This document shows, piece by piece, positions 34,080 through 46,824 of a DNA stretch of 64,000 nucleotides. The position numbers were made by a program, and so were the translations under genes. The stretch lies in the NCBI GenBank assembly GCA_030704615.1, contig CM060732.1, positions 30,938,001 to 31,002,000 on the forward strand, given 5' to 3'. Origin of the DNA: Takakia lepidozioides (Eukaryota; Plantae; Bryophyta). Position 1 is the stretch's first letter, and the number at the start of each line of letters is the position of its first letter. Under the pieces are notes generated by a model. That model saw nothing but the letters and a program-made list of their open reading frames with translations. It did not search any database and had not been told where the DNA came from.

Positions 34080-37000
34080 ATGTTGGGAGAGGCCATGCCC
34101 AAGGCGCTGTCTTCCCCTTGCGGAGGATGGGTGGGAGTTCTCAGATCATGCTGTAGGATAATGGTTCAAGCTGTGGGGCGGAAATGGGAGTCCACCTTTG
34201 CAGTGGCGGGCCCGAGACCCTTCCAAGTGAGGGTTGTCACACCTCCCCAGCGTCCAGAGGAACTGAAAAGAGGTATAGCATTTAACTATTTGCTTTATTT
34301 TCAGCGTTTTCAGTTGTGTTCGCGGCTCCAAATTCTGTACGAAGAAGTCCATGAGGTGAGGTTTGTCTGTTATTTCTATCCGGATACGCAGATGTGAGGA
34401 CAATAATTGATGTAAGGACTGGGGGTGATACCATGCTATAAACACAACACATCGCTTCCAGTAGTGCTCTGGTCTTCAATTTGACACATGTGGTGTGATT
34501 GGACTGCCAGTCACACCACTTGCTTGCGTGTCAGTGAGAGTGAAAGAGAGAAATTGAGTCCGCTGGGGCCCAAAAGACCCAAGGGACATAGGACAGAACC
34601 ATAGAAGTCTTTGGCACGCTGACAGAACAGAATCAGAGAGTGATGTAGGGGAAGCCTATACTAGCATTATCCAGTGCAAATCAATACGCCCAAAACAATT
34701 TTTGCAGCAGTCCATGTCAGATACTTTGCAGTGGTTGGACCACAGGTCTGATAAGGTGAGGCTGTTGACTGCTCTTTCTACCCAATTGTTGGTAAGGAAC
34801 GGCCCTTTACGGCGATGTATTTTTTGTTTTAAGTTTCTCTGATTAGTTACGTCTTCGTCACACCTGCTGAAGGGGTGAAATATATGTTATGCCACAATGG
34901 CATTGAAGTTGGTATTCTTAGAAAGTAGCATACTGCCGTTTGAAGCATTGCTCGTGCAGCTGTGTCGGTTGTATGCTGGTATATACAAGGCAGTATGATT
35001 TCTTAGCTGCAGATCCGCAGTGTTTACAGACGATTCCAAAATCAGCACACTTTAGCCATAAGCGGACAGAGATTGAGAACTCGTCAAATCCTCATAGGGT
35101 GATAGCAGACCTAGCTACCAGGACACAAAGTCATGCACAATGGAATGTTGGATGGATATCAGAGTACAGGTCTACCCCCGTTATGAAGGTTGGATCTCCC
35201 TCGTATTTTCAAGACTGGAGTCCAGATCATTGTGGGATTGTCCATTTTCATGGAATGACAGACTCTGGCGATATACATGCTGTGGAGGAATGTGAGTATC
35301 ATAGTCTGGCTTCCAGGGTGGGTTGGCCACCCGCTCCTCGGTATCTTCTGCAGCATCTGTCATGTCTGTGATGTTTGTAGATAATTGTGTGCATGAGCCA
35401 ACAGAGTGACATGCATAAATTGTTATCCAAAACCAATAGCAATGGTAGTTAGAGACTCTCACATAGCAGTTTTCATGATCTTGGAGTCCTTGAATGCAGT
35501 TAATACAGTGAGCGTAGAATCCCTCTGGCAGGAGTTCTTCTCAGATCCTTCACAGTGGTGGGACTACAGGTCCTTAAAGGTGAGGCTATCTTAACTGTAG
35601 CTTTTCAGGATGATGTTTTGTGGACTGTGATATTGTATCTCCACCCACGTAACTGATGAGATTTTTCTGTGCAAAGGTATCATAAGCGAAACTTCATGTA
35701 CATGTCAGCAGGTCTTCCCTTCTTGTTAGGAGGGGATGGAAGTAGGTTGTTCTAGGTTGTTTCCTGTTACTTGAGAATTGCTCGGAGCTCGGAGATTTGG
35801 CAGTCGTAGTATGGTCTGTGTGAGGTTGTGGTTGAAACTATGCCTGCTCAGCTGCAATTTTTATTTTATTTTCAGAAAAGTCCAGGATCACCAGACTTCA
35901 GAAATAAGCATACAAAGGAGATCCTTTGGATTGAGAGTTGGTCGACTCCTCCTTGGGTCAAAGCAAAACTCCGTGGCTGGACACAAGGTCAAGCACAATG
36001 CGATGGTGGACGGATAGCAGAGCATGGCTCCAATTCTGTTTTGAACACTGGAGCTCCATTTGTGTTTCAAGATGAGAATCCAGACTATGGTCGAAAAACA
36101 GACTCTGGTGAAACACGAGCTGTGCAGAAATGTGAGTATCACCCCCTATCAGTCAGGCCTGAAGGGTGGCCTTCGCCACCACAAGGTTCTTCAGTATTTT
36201 CTGCAACCTCTTTAATGTTTAGGTGTGTTTGTTTGCCGCTTGTGTGCATGAGGCAGAGAAAGAGCCCAAAGTAACTAGAGAATATCCAAAAGCGACAATT
36301 CGCCTCCTCAGTAGAAACAGGGGAATTGGCAGCTGGCGAAGTTCTCAAGGTTTTACATTTGTTGCACACAGGTCAATCAATGAGCATAAAACAGCTTTGG
36401 CAGGAGTTCTTCTTAGACCCTTCACTGTGGTGGGACAACAGGTTTGATAAGGTGAGGCTATCTTCCTTCAAGAACTAAAACGTTTGTCAAAGTTAGGGAC
36501 TGTCACTGGAATTAAGATGTTGGTTGACTTGACTAGTAATGATTTTCTCTTCCTCACGAGAAAGCAGCAAAAAGAAATGTTACTGATTCCTTGTCATCAT
36601 GTGCAGCGGGTTGTTTGAGTTTGTTCTTGGTACTGAAAGGATGCTTGAAACAGTTATAGCCTGCTCTATGGGAAGCTGTGATCACTACTCAGCTGCACTG
36701 ATGGTTTTCACAGAAAGGTCCAAGCTCACCAGACTTCAGGCATAAGCTCACAAAGGAAGTCCTGTGGATTGAGCATTGGTCAAACCCTCATTGGGTGAAA
36801 GCAGAGCTAGCTTCCATGATACGAGCACAATCTGATGATTGTTCTGATGTCGATGGACACGATGGAATTCTAGACAAAGATTATAGCGGGTATTCTCTTG
36901 ATAATATTGGAGTACTGGTACATTATTTGTATAGTAGATGACTGCCTATAACCCTATTGATATATATAGTTAGAGCCGGTCCTCCTGAGGAAACTTTTAT

Positions 37001-38674
37001 GTGAAGTATTATTCCAAGTAAATGACTGCAGTGGTTCCCTAACCTTGGTTATGCAAGAAACTGCTCGGCATGAGATGTTTATTTTAAGTATCGAAGAGCT
37101 TTGTGATATTAAGGTGAGAGGTTGAGTGTTAAGGGGTTGTAACTAAAGTTTGGATGAAGAGTTTTTGCTTTGAATCAGATATCAGATGTTATGTCAATAT
37201 GTTCTCACCCTTATCAGGTGTTTGATCATGCAGAATGGCAGGGTTGAATCATGCACATACATGCAGCAGAGGAAGCACTACAATCACCGAAAAAGCACCA
37301 AGAGCGGGAAACCCATCTGACACTTTTTGGGATGTGAGGCCACCATACAAGGCAGGCCGGCTCAAAGTGGCTCTGCATATTTTGAACCAGCGAGGCATTC
37401 AAGCAGACTCCAACACTTACGCCAGTGTGTTGCAAGAGTGCATCAACATGAAAGACCTAGCAGAAGGGAAACAGGTGCATGCCCACATCATCCAAAGTGG
37501 ATTCAATGCAAACACTTTTCTACTCAACACTGTTGTAAACATGTATGCCAAGTGCGGGAGTGTAGGGGATGCACGCCAAGTGTTTGACAAAATGCCTGAA
37601 CGAGATATGATGACCTGGAATATAATGATAGCAGGATATGCCAAGCATGGGTATGGTAGGGAGGCTTTCAAGATCTACGAGCAAATGCAATGGGAAGGGA
37701 TAAAACCGAACAGGGTGACTTTCGTTTGCATTCTCAATGCTTGTGCCAGCCTAGGGGCCCTGGGAAAGGGCAAAGAGGTCCATGCTGACATCATGAAAGC
37801 TGGAATTGAGTCACATACTCATTTGGAAAATACCCTTGTTAACATGTATGCGAAATGTGGGGACTTTAGGGGTGCATGCCGTGTATTTGACAATATGGCT
37901 CAACGAGATGTGGTCTCATGGACTGCAATGATTGCAGGATATGCTCAACATGGTTGTGGTAGGGAGGCTTTTGAGATATATAAGCAAATGCAATGGGAAG
38001 GTGTGGCGTCAAACAAGGTCACATTCGCCTGCATTCTCAATGCGTGTGCCAGCCTAGGAGCTCTAGAGAAGGGCAAAGAGATCCATGCTGACATCATCAA
38101 AGCTGGAATTCCGTTAGATAGGAATTTGGAGACTACCCTTACTGACATGTATGCCAAATGTGGAAGCATGAAGGATGCACATCAAGTGTTTGACAACATG
38201 GCTAAACGCGATGTGGTCACATGGAGTGCCATGATCTCTGGATATGCCCAGCATGGGTGTAGTAGGGAGGTACTGCAACTGTTCGAACAGATGTGGCAGG
38301 AGGGTCTGAAGCCAGACAGTATCATCTTTCTATCTGTTCTCTCTGCATGTAGTCATGCAGGCCTAGTGGATGAAGGTCATCACTATTTTGCTTCTATGAG
38401 TCGACATCATGGCCTCAAACCAACAAAGGAGCATTTTGCCTGTGTGGTGGACCTTCTCAGCCGTGCAGGGCGATTGGATGAGGCAGAGGACTTAATTATC
38501 AATATGCCGATCAAACCAGATGCTTCAGTATGGGGTGCCTTGCTTGGGGCCTGCAGAATTCATGGTGGTGTGGAGGTGGCAGAACGGGCAGCGAATTACC
38601 TTCTCAAGTGTGATCTGCAGTGCGCTGTACCTTGTGTACTTCCATTGAACATCTATGTTCCGACTAGCAGGTAG
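34080..38674 (+). CDS. Spliced PLS-class PPR protein: putative transit peptide, three PDF motifs (first degenerate), 11 PPR motifs, E1 and truncated E2
   Basis: In-frame exons 34080-34355, 34675-34755 (QWLDHRSDK), 35030-35291 (TIPKSAHFSHKRT), 35500-35579 (SLWQEFFSDPSQWWDYRSLK), 35876-36131 (KSPGSPDFRNKHTKEILWIESWSTPPWV), 36372-36451 (QLWQEFFLDPSLWWDNRFDK), 36714-36889 (KGPSSPDFRHKLTKEVLWIEHWSNPHWV) and 37234-38674 (PPR array). Confidence 0.87.
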
Positions 38675-38800
38675 GACGAAGGATTTCCTCTTTGTCATCT
38701 GATTGAGAAGCTGGCGCTTGCATTTGGGCTCACTGGCTAAATCCACACATTGAGGAAGGTCAGAGATTGTCTGGGAAGTCATTGACGCTTCCATTCGATC
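38675..38800 (+). pseudogene. Decayed DYW remnant
   Basis: After SR* (the GRW position) the frame continues DEGFPLCHLIEKLALAFGLTG*, equivalent to [19 protein letters not shown]; the PG box is deleted. Confidence 0.75.
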
Positions 38801-39424
38801 TCACAAAAGCTACATAGGAAAGAAACACTCCAACAGTGGAAAAGTTCTCTATTCGCTAGTTGTTCACGGATTCCTTGCCTGTCTGTATCATAACAAGGCT
38901 AGGGTGTATTGTAATGTTGCATTGAATGTAATTAGAGTTATTAACAGATTGCAGTTGCCATCTCCATCTCCACAACAACACTCCATGAAACACATTTCAG
39001 AGCCCTCTTAGGGCATCCATTAGCCCGGAACTCGAACAGTTTAATTCCAGGTCCACGACCGGTCATACGCATGTTGAAAACTGTTCTATTTTATGGATTG
39101 GGGTGGCAGGTAGCATTCATATGGGTGAAACTCAGTGGATGTATTGTACAACCGCTATAGATAGACACGTTGAGCATCACCAACATCATCACCAACATCA
39201 TTGAACGATGGCTGTAAATCTGTCTGCCATCTGAGCACAAGATGGCTGTTTACAGCTTCATTTAAATCTTGGTTTCTGTAATGTGCTGGAGTATACAAGT
39301 ATAGGTCACCAATGCTTTTGGGAGTCTGATAGGAAGCATACACTCTACTAAATGTGGGAGGACTTAATAAGAAACAGCTCCAGTTACTTCATTTCTGAGG
39401 TACAGCCTGTGGCATGCTTTGGAC

Positions 39425-39600
39425 AAGTGGGGAAGTTTCAACGGCTTGTACAACATTCGTAGGTGGGTTTGTTGTTGCCTTTGCAAAGGGCTGGAGGCTG
39501 ACACTGGTGATGGTGGCAACAATGCCTCTCGCAGGTGGCACCATGTCAATGACGATGTCAAAATGTCAAGCAAAGGATAGCTTGCTTATGCTGAGGCAAA
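39425..39600 (+). pseudogene. ABCB (MDR/PGP) transporter TMD1 fragment
   Basis: With frameshifts it reads VGKFQRLV/TTFVGGFVVAFAKGWRLTLVMVATMPLAGGTMSMTMSK/MSSKG*LAYAEA, typical of plant ABCB proteins. Confidence 0.75.
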
Positions 39601-40359
39601 TCGCAAGGAATGCAGGGGTGAGAGTGTTTTACTCCCAACTTTGCATGCAGGGTAGCTTATTCAGATAATGTAAGTTGACAGAGCAGCTTGCTATACAATC
39701 TCATGGTTGGGAACATTTCAGTGCAGAAAAATGTACTAAGAAGTAGTGCACCCTCCAGTTTATACCATTTAGATGAATTGTATCAGTGTGCTAGTGGAAC
39801 ACCCAGTGTTTGTCTTTGGCAAGTATTCATCACATTTTGCTGTGATAATTGATTCTCTTCTCTCTCCTTCAATTTGAACTGCCTTGCATCCACAATGCTG
39901 GAGGCACTCCACCTTTGGGAAGAAATCACTTGGTTCTGTGGTTCAAAGATTTTTGCCATCGTGCCAGTAGTTCCATGTTCAATTTTTGTGTGTCCTTAGG
40001 CCTCCCACTGACGCGAACCCTTACTTCTTGCTCTCTTTGTTCAAATAGTGATGCTACAAATCATCCTCAGCAGAGATGAGTTGGAAGCAATAGTTTCATG
40101 CTTGGTTCACCATATATTATTTTGCAGAGTCAATCTCCTCTAGATATAGAAGTATAAGAAGAACAGAATGGAAAGCAGGAATCAGCGTGAGTAGAAGCTG
40201 AAATGGCAGCTATCTGTGACGAAGGAGAAGTAGGCATGTATGATTCCTGGCGGCATCGAGCAGTTGAGGACACAGCAGGTGTCTCTCTAGCACACCTCAA
40301 CGGTAAGTAGACAAAACCTCCCTGATACATGCGGAAGTGCCCCGCGGCCTGGAATTGTG

Positions 40360-41784
40360 TTAACGGTAGAGCTGAACGCGAGGCAGGTGAATGCCAGAAG
40401 CCTTGAGAAAATGTGGGATGGCGGACTTGGAGGTTTTGAGCAGATCATTATAAAACATGAACTCGCCCTCAACATCGTAACTGAGCTGGGATGCATTTAA
40501 CAAGTCTTGCTTAATCTTCCCAGGGTTTTTTGACCAGACATCATAAGTTTGCAATTCTTGAGTTGCCATTCCACTGAAGCCAAAGAGATCCACCCTGTTA
40601 CAGATGCTCAAGGCGAGGACCACTGCTTGCATGCCAATGGAGTGGGTAACAGACGTACGGTTCCAACTGTTGGCTGCTAATTTTGTGGTTGCAATGAAGT
40701 GCTTGAGAGAGTACCATCGTGCAAGTCTGGTGCACATCTTGTCGAATAGAACGTCCGTGATTATGACAGGGTATTGGTTTGCGAAGTTGCAGACAGCAAC
40801 ATCCATGTAATACTCGGGAGTCAAGACCGAAGCCACAATCGGCACTCGCGTCATGTAAGGTTGGCAACTGCATGTGAAACCCCTGCTTGCGCAATCATGT
40901 AGAAAATATTCATGTAAAAACAGCAAGCTACACTTCTGCCCCACAAACTTCTCGAAGCCTCGTGTTTCAGCGTAGTTCAGTCGTACTACCATCTCATGCG
41001 AATCAATGTAGCGACCGTAGGATTTATTGAACAGAATCCCACTGTTGCCAACCACAGCACATGAATTGTAAGGCCGGTTAGAATCAACACTTTGTTGCAG
41101 AGTCTTGGATGCATACTCGTCGATGCGTTTCTTCACACTTTTCAAGAGGTCTCGCACTGTGAAGGAGTGAAACCAATCGAACTGCTCATTGTTCGCCGTT
41201 GTCAACAGTCGGTGGAACTTGGTCCAGTAAGGGATATATCTCATATCGTCCAGAGGTCGTGGCAAGGCAGACAGCTTAGCCTTCTCTTCGTTGCAAGCTT
41301 TCACTCTGTTTGGAGCAGCTCCACGGCCACGGAACTGTATATGTTGTGCCGCCTCGCATATATCTGGCAGCTCGCTAGGCCTCGAACTTGCATCAAGAAG
41401 TCTCTTTACTTTTGCCTGTTCAAATGGAATTTTTGGAGAAACTGACAATGACGACAGCTGCCCGTGAAAGCTGCTACCACGAGGATGAGGATGACTACCC
41501 GGATTCCACCATAGCTGCAAGGGTCTAGGGAAATCTATTGCCAGGATTTGTTCTCCTTGCATGTAACAGGTTGCGGCATATACCGTGGCTGCGATTAAGA
41601 GTAGGCTGACAATTACAGCTATCGGCGAGCCAGGATGCAATTTCCAATGGTTAGAGGCGCTCCAGAAGCAACGTGAGTCAATAGATTTCTTCTTCCTCAT
41701 ACTACGACCGCAAAAGCAACGCCTTGTGGATCTCGGAGGTGATTTCTTTGCCGTCCCCGGCACGCTTGGCTGCTCCTTTCCCAT
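40360..41784 (-). CDS. GT29 sialyltransferase-like type II membrane glycosyltransferase (GALT29A-like)
   Basis: Uninterrupted 474-aa ORF with an N-terminal TM ([17 protein letters not shown]), sialylmotif [30 protein letters not shown] and motif [23 protein letters not shown]. Confidence 0.92.
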   Translation of the reverse strand: MGKEQPSVPGTAKKSPPRSTRRCFCGRSMRKKKSIDSRCFWSASNHWKLHPGSPIAVIVSLLLIAATVYAATCYMQGEQILAIDFPRPLQLWWNPGSHPHPRGSSFHGQLSSLSVSPKIPFEQAKVKRLLDASSRPSELPDICEAAQHIQFRGRGAAPNRVKACNEEKAKLSALPRPLDDMRYIPYWTKFHRLLTTANNEQFDWFHSFTVRDLLKSVKKRIDEYASKTLQQSVDSNRPYNSCAVVGNSGILFNKSYGRYIDSHEMVVRLNYAETRGFEKFVGQKCSLLFLHEYFLHDCASRGFTCSCQPYMTRVPIVASVLTPEYYMDVAVCNFANQYPVIITDVLFDKMCTRLARWYSLKHFIATTKLAANSWNRTSVTHSIGMQAVVLALSICNRVDLFGFSGMATQELQTYDVWSKNPGKIKQDLLNASQLSYDVEGEFMFYNDLLKTSKSAIPHFLKASGIHLPRVQLYR

Positions 41785-43157
41785 CTATCTTGAGGTAAGT
41801 CTTCAACTTATTGTACACTGCTCATAGTCCGAGAATATTATTACCAGCCATGATTCAATCCCTTCGTCCGGAAAGACCTTTAGCGGAATGTCTTGAATGA
41901 GATGGACTTGGATATTTCTTTGCATGATGCTACTGCACCATTAGATAACAGTCGCATGGAGATAAAGTCGAGCTTGATAGATACTCACGTTGACGAGATC
42001 AAGAGGCACAATATGTTGATAAATCCAAGTAAAGCTTGGTGTGCCCATTCAGAGGGCGCTCGAACATCCCTCATTCTACCACTTGAGCACAAAAGGAGTG
42101 ACAGAGTTGCATTCATTGCCTCAATGTTCAGAGCTTTAACGAGGTGCTCATCAATAGGTCAATTTTTCACTGAGCACCTGAAGGCTTTGGATTAGAGGTG
42201 CCACATAGAACGGCCCCATCAGATATGTGACTACATCTCTTGGTTTGATTGCTGAATTTGGGAAACATCGCATAATAAATGGCATTGTGTGTGGGATAGG
42301 GATGAAGGAACTTCGCAGTGCGATTGAAGGAACTTCGCAGTGCGATTGAAGGGACGTTAATGACACATTCTCAAGCTTCACAAAACTCTTGCCCAGCTCG
42401 GAACTTGATTGTTTCTGGCGTTCTCTGGTGTTGTGAGAGAAGTAGAGTGAGCAAAACAAGAGGAAGGGCAGCGCAGAGTTGGTTGTAAGTTTGTAACAAA
42501 CAAATCGAGTGAAGAACGCGGCCTCGTTGCCTCGCGAGTCGCATCCACGCACATGTTTTTCATCCCACTCTTCCTCGGCACATGTGGGCTGGGTAAGTTA
42601 CGTGGCAGGTGGATAGGCGGGCGAGCTGCGGGTCGCACACTGGGGCGCGTGAGCTTGTGGGTCCGGTCTTGGCACTGAGATTTTCTCTGGGCTTGCCTCG
42701 GTCGTGATCGAGGTTTCGGTTCGTGAAAGGGAGTCTTTCGTTTTCTCGCAACCAAGAACAAAGACAAGGAGAGCGGATGTAGTTGAAGCCGTGATATGAT
42801 GCTGTGAAGATACAGAGTGGAGACTGGAGAGAAAATCTATTTGGAGAGACGGACCTTAATTTGAACCGTAATGTTCGTGTTGTGAATGTAAGATAGATTC
42901 GAAAGTGCAATTAGTTGCATCGGTTGTGTGCTAGAATTGTCCGGAGGTAGGAAATCAAGAGTTGGGATATTATGCTGCAGAAGTTTTCGAGTCTGCGCTC
43001 AAAGGCCAGCTCCAATAAAGGTTTTTCCCAGGTACTTTGGTTCTTCGAAAGCCGGTGTGTCAGTGAGCAAACCATGTATGTTTTGTAATTTTTTGGGTTC
43101 CGCAAAAGTGAGCTGTTGTTTCCGAGCTCAAGTCATGTTGCCTGCTCCCATGGCTCG

Positions 43158-44515
43158 ATGGTAAGTTGCAGTGATCTGAGTGAGATCTCCGAGTGGGAAT
43201 GGTGTCATGATGTGCGTGTGTTTTGGGGTGGGGAGCGCTTTGAGGAGTCCCACAGATCAAAATTCTCTGCTATTATAGGCAGCATACCTTGTGTTGGAGA
43301 ATTGCTTTTGTGATTCCATGGTTGTATGATTTTGGACACACAGACAGATGTATATACATACTCTAGTATGTGATGCAAGAATGAGGGTGGTTGAGTGACA
43401 TGCTCTTTGTCCGTTGCCTACAGAGGGACCAAAGCCCCTATGGAAAATTCAATAGCGGCTATGAAAAACATCAGATCCCTCCAGCATCCGCAAATCAGCC
43501 CAATTTGTTGCCCGGTGGTCAACCCTCCCAAGAAGGGATTGTTGCTGCTTCTTCTGCATGGATAGACGAGAGTGAGGATATCGATTCTCATGTCTCCTTT
43601 GCGGAAAGCCTGTTTCCCGTGACAGTGAATGAACGCCCTACGAAGAGATCGAGTGCCAGCGACCATCGTGACCAGGACTCCCTCATCAATTCCGAGAGCA
43701 AAAGTAACCCGGTTCCCTACACGGAAAAAGAAAAAGGGAAAGAAAGCAAGAAAAACTGGGATACTTCCAGTCAACATAGTTCGGGCACCCCTGATGTGGA
43801 AAATCCAAAAAGCTGGGACTCCGACCTTGAAGATAGAAGGAAATGGGATGCTAGGAGTACAAAGAGCTGGGCATCCCAGGTTAGTGCAAACAGTGAAAAA
43901 AGTTTTGATGCGATAAGTAGAAAGAGTTGGGTTACTGAGCCTGGAGGAAAGAGCCGGAGCTTGACTTCATCATCAGTTCCGGAGGAAGAAATAAATATTG
44001 GCCCAGCAGTCTTGCTACCATATGAGGATGCAGAGGAAGAATTCCTGGAGGAATTCGAGGACTACTTCGAGAATCTGGCTGTGGACAATATTAGGAGAGA
44101 GCAGTACCCAAGGCTTGAGTTGCAAAGGCTCGTATACCTGGATTATGCCACTTTCGCCCTCTTCTCTCAGTTTCAGGTTAGCTCTCCTCTGCCAAACCAC
44201 GGCACGTTTCTTTTGCATTGTTCAACTGGAGCAGAGAATGGGAGGGAGAGAAAGAAAGAGACTTTTATAATGTCCACAGGAAGATCGGAACCCTATGGTA
44301 CAGAAAAAGAGAGAAGGAAAGGAAGATTTGAAGCCCAAACAACCAGGACCCATGGCAATTATAAACTCCACCCAGCATCACTGATTTGCATAATGGAAAC
44401 TTCAGTCAAGCATCCACAGAATCAAAAATACCCCAGTGACTGTCCGTTGCAAATGTTGACATAGCAGTAACCCTGCAGGATACTAATAATCCATGTGGTT
44501 GTGGTATTTCAGCCC

Positions 44516-44546
<31 letters not shown>

Positions 44547-46824
44547 TGAGACTCATTAACCATTCCAAGCAAATATTTGCTAGGAAAGGGCATGGTCCCA
44601 GTAGGGGTGAAGAGAAAGAAACAAAAGAAAATTGGTACTGCAACCTCAGAGGAGGCCACTGAGGGCTCATGGGACAAAATAGACCAAACCGAGAACTAAA
44701 GAGCTTTATAGACCGGGGATGGTTCCTGCTTCCCAAAGTCTTTGTGGGGCAATGGACACATATCAGGTATGGGCTCTATGGACAAGGCTATAGCAGTTGC
44801 ACTCAATGCGGTACACCTCTCTTCTGGGGGTCTGCTGCAATGATGCTATGGCCCTAGTCTCAAGCAAGCACCTCCTTTCTCCCAGCAGGATCTTCACAAA
44901 GCAAAACAGGTCAATGATATGGGGGAAGGTGATACATTGTGCACCTTTTGGTTTCAATTGACCTGGCACAGATAAGACAGTCACCACGCACATATCAATT
45001 GGCATCTTGAAGATGCCGCAATCTCATGATTCCAGAAATTATGTTAACAAAGACCCTGTAGGGGCTTAGAAAATCCACCAGGTCAAATGTCACTAAGCGC
45101 ATGTCGACTCTCAATATATTTCTGTGGATTAGGCTCTCTCCTCCGTCTGATTCCCTTTATTGGACCATGTTTTTGCATTTTCTCTGAATTGAATATATGC
45201 AAGGATTACCTCTGTGACATGATGTCTGACCCAGTCCTCTCTCAGGTGGAGGAACACATGAGAATCTTGTTGGAGGAGGGGCCGTGTCTGGGTTCCGTGT
45301 CACTCTCAAGGTCTTCAACCAGTGACCTATCTGCCCATGTATCTAATGCACAAGAACGTGTGCTACGAATGCTCAATACAAGCAGTGCCGAGTATTCAGT
45401 GATTTTCACGAGCGGGATTACTGCAAGCTATCGTTTGGTGGCTCAGTCATATCCATTCCCAAGGGGTTGTCCACTGCTGGTGTGCCAAGACAATCATGAG
45501 GCTGTTTGTCATGTAAATTTCAGTCTTCATATGCCCTATTCTGTGGGGTTTTGACTGTGTGTGTGCTTGTTCTGGTGTCTATCTTACAATGGCCCACCCT
45601 CCTTTCCTCATTCTCTTCTCCTACCTACACTCCCTGGGTCTATTCTAGACTAATTGAAGTGAAAGTACCCCGCTTTACGAAGTCAAACTAAATTTTGCTC
45701 AAGCTTCAGAGGCCAACTATTTGGAACTTTGTTTGCAATGATTGAGTTGAGATGTTCTGTAATGAAAATTCCACAATGCTCCCTCTTCCGCAATGCTCCC
45801 TTTGCACGTATTTGTAACGGAGCTTCTCGTATTCCTACAGGTGGTTGCTGCAGCAGCTAAGAATGGTGGAAGATCAATACTTGCGCAAGTTGGGGAGAAT
45901 GACCTCTGTTTTCATGGATCAGAGCTTCGGCAGTTACTAAAGCGGCAAGGCAGGCAAATCAACAATGGGGGTCTTTTCATCTACCCTGCTCAGTCATGCC
46001 TATCAGGGATTAGGCACTCTCTCAACTGGATAGCTGAAGCCCAGCAAAATGGGTGGCATGTACTGGTTGATGTCTCCACACATTTACCCACAGGGAGCCT
46101 GGATCTGATGATTTATCAACCTGAGTTTGTGATAGGCTCCTTCAATCATATTGTTGGTTACCCGTCAGGCATGGGATTCTTTCTTGTCAGGAGAGGGGCA
46201 TTTTGTGTGGAGACCTCAACAAACACAAATACAGTGAAGTTAATCCCACATTTGCCGCCGACCCATGGTAGAGACTGCCATGTTGTCTGCGAAGATGATA
46301 GTCTCAATCTTCTCTCATTTGCAGCTCTGAGTCTTGGCCTCGAGCATTTAGAAGCTGTAGGTTTCAGCCCTATAAGAAACCGCATGCGGGCACTGGCAGC
46401 ATGGTTGATCCAAAGGTTAAAGTCTCTGAGGCACAAGGATGAGTTGGAATCTCCATTGGTCAAGATCTATGGTTCACTTTCAACAAATAACAGAGGGAGC
46501 ATCATCTCTTTCAATGTGCTAGACTCAACTGGACACTTTTTTCCAGCCACCATGGTTCAAAAGCTAGCAGAGAAATGCAACATTGTAGTTACCGCGGGCA
46601 ACTTCGGGAACCCAGGATTGGCCAATCTGTTGGGGATGCCATCTGAAAGAGTGATGGATGTCAGTGTTTTTGACCAGCCTGGGAGCTTCATGGCTGTAAG
46701 AGTGTCGCTTGGCCCAGTTTCTAACTTTCAGGATGTCTACAGGCTGGTGCAGTTTCTCTCTCGTTTCCGAGATGAACATTACCTTTCCACAGAAGCGATG
46801 GGGTTCATAGAGGAGGGTAATTAA
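43158..46824 (+). CDS. Molybdenum cofactor sulfurase-like / class V PLP-dependent transferase-fold protein with a long low-complexity N-terminus
   Basis: Exons 43158-43160 (ATG only, tentative), 43424-44176 (..EQYPRL..VYLDYATFALFSQFQ), 45246-45512 (EYSVIFTSG..DNHEAV) and 45841-46824 (YPAQSCLSG, WHVLVD, PEFVIGSF..GYPSGMG, AVRVSLG..SNFQDVYRL); all junctions are phase 0. Confidence 0.88.
44250..44720 (-). mobile_element. Diverged LINE family A fragments and a (GA)n microsatellite (44516-44542) in an intron
   Basis: acttttataatgtccacaggaag and gggctcatgggacaaaa resemble the family A 3' end. Confidence 0.55.

Noticed and set aside
33939-42352. Small local duplications at ~33939-33991 and ~42304-42352
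   Set aside because: Ordinary 22-25 nt slippage duplications with no further structure.
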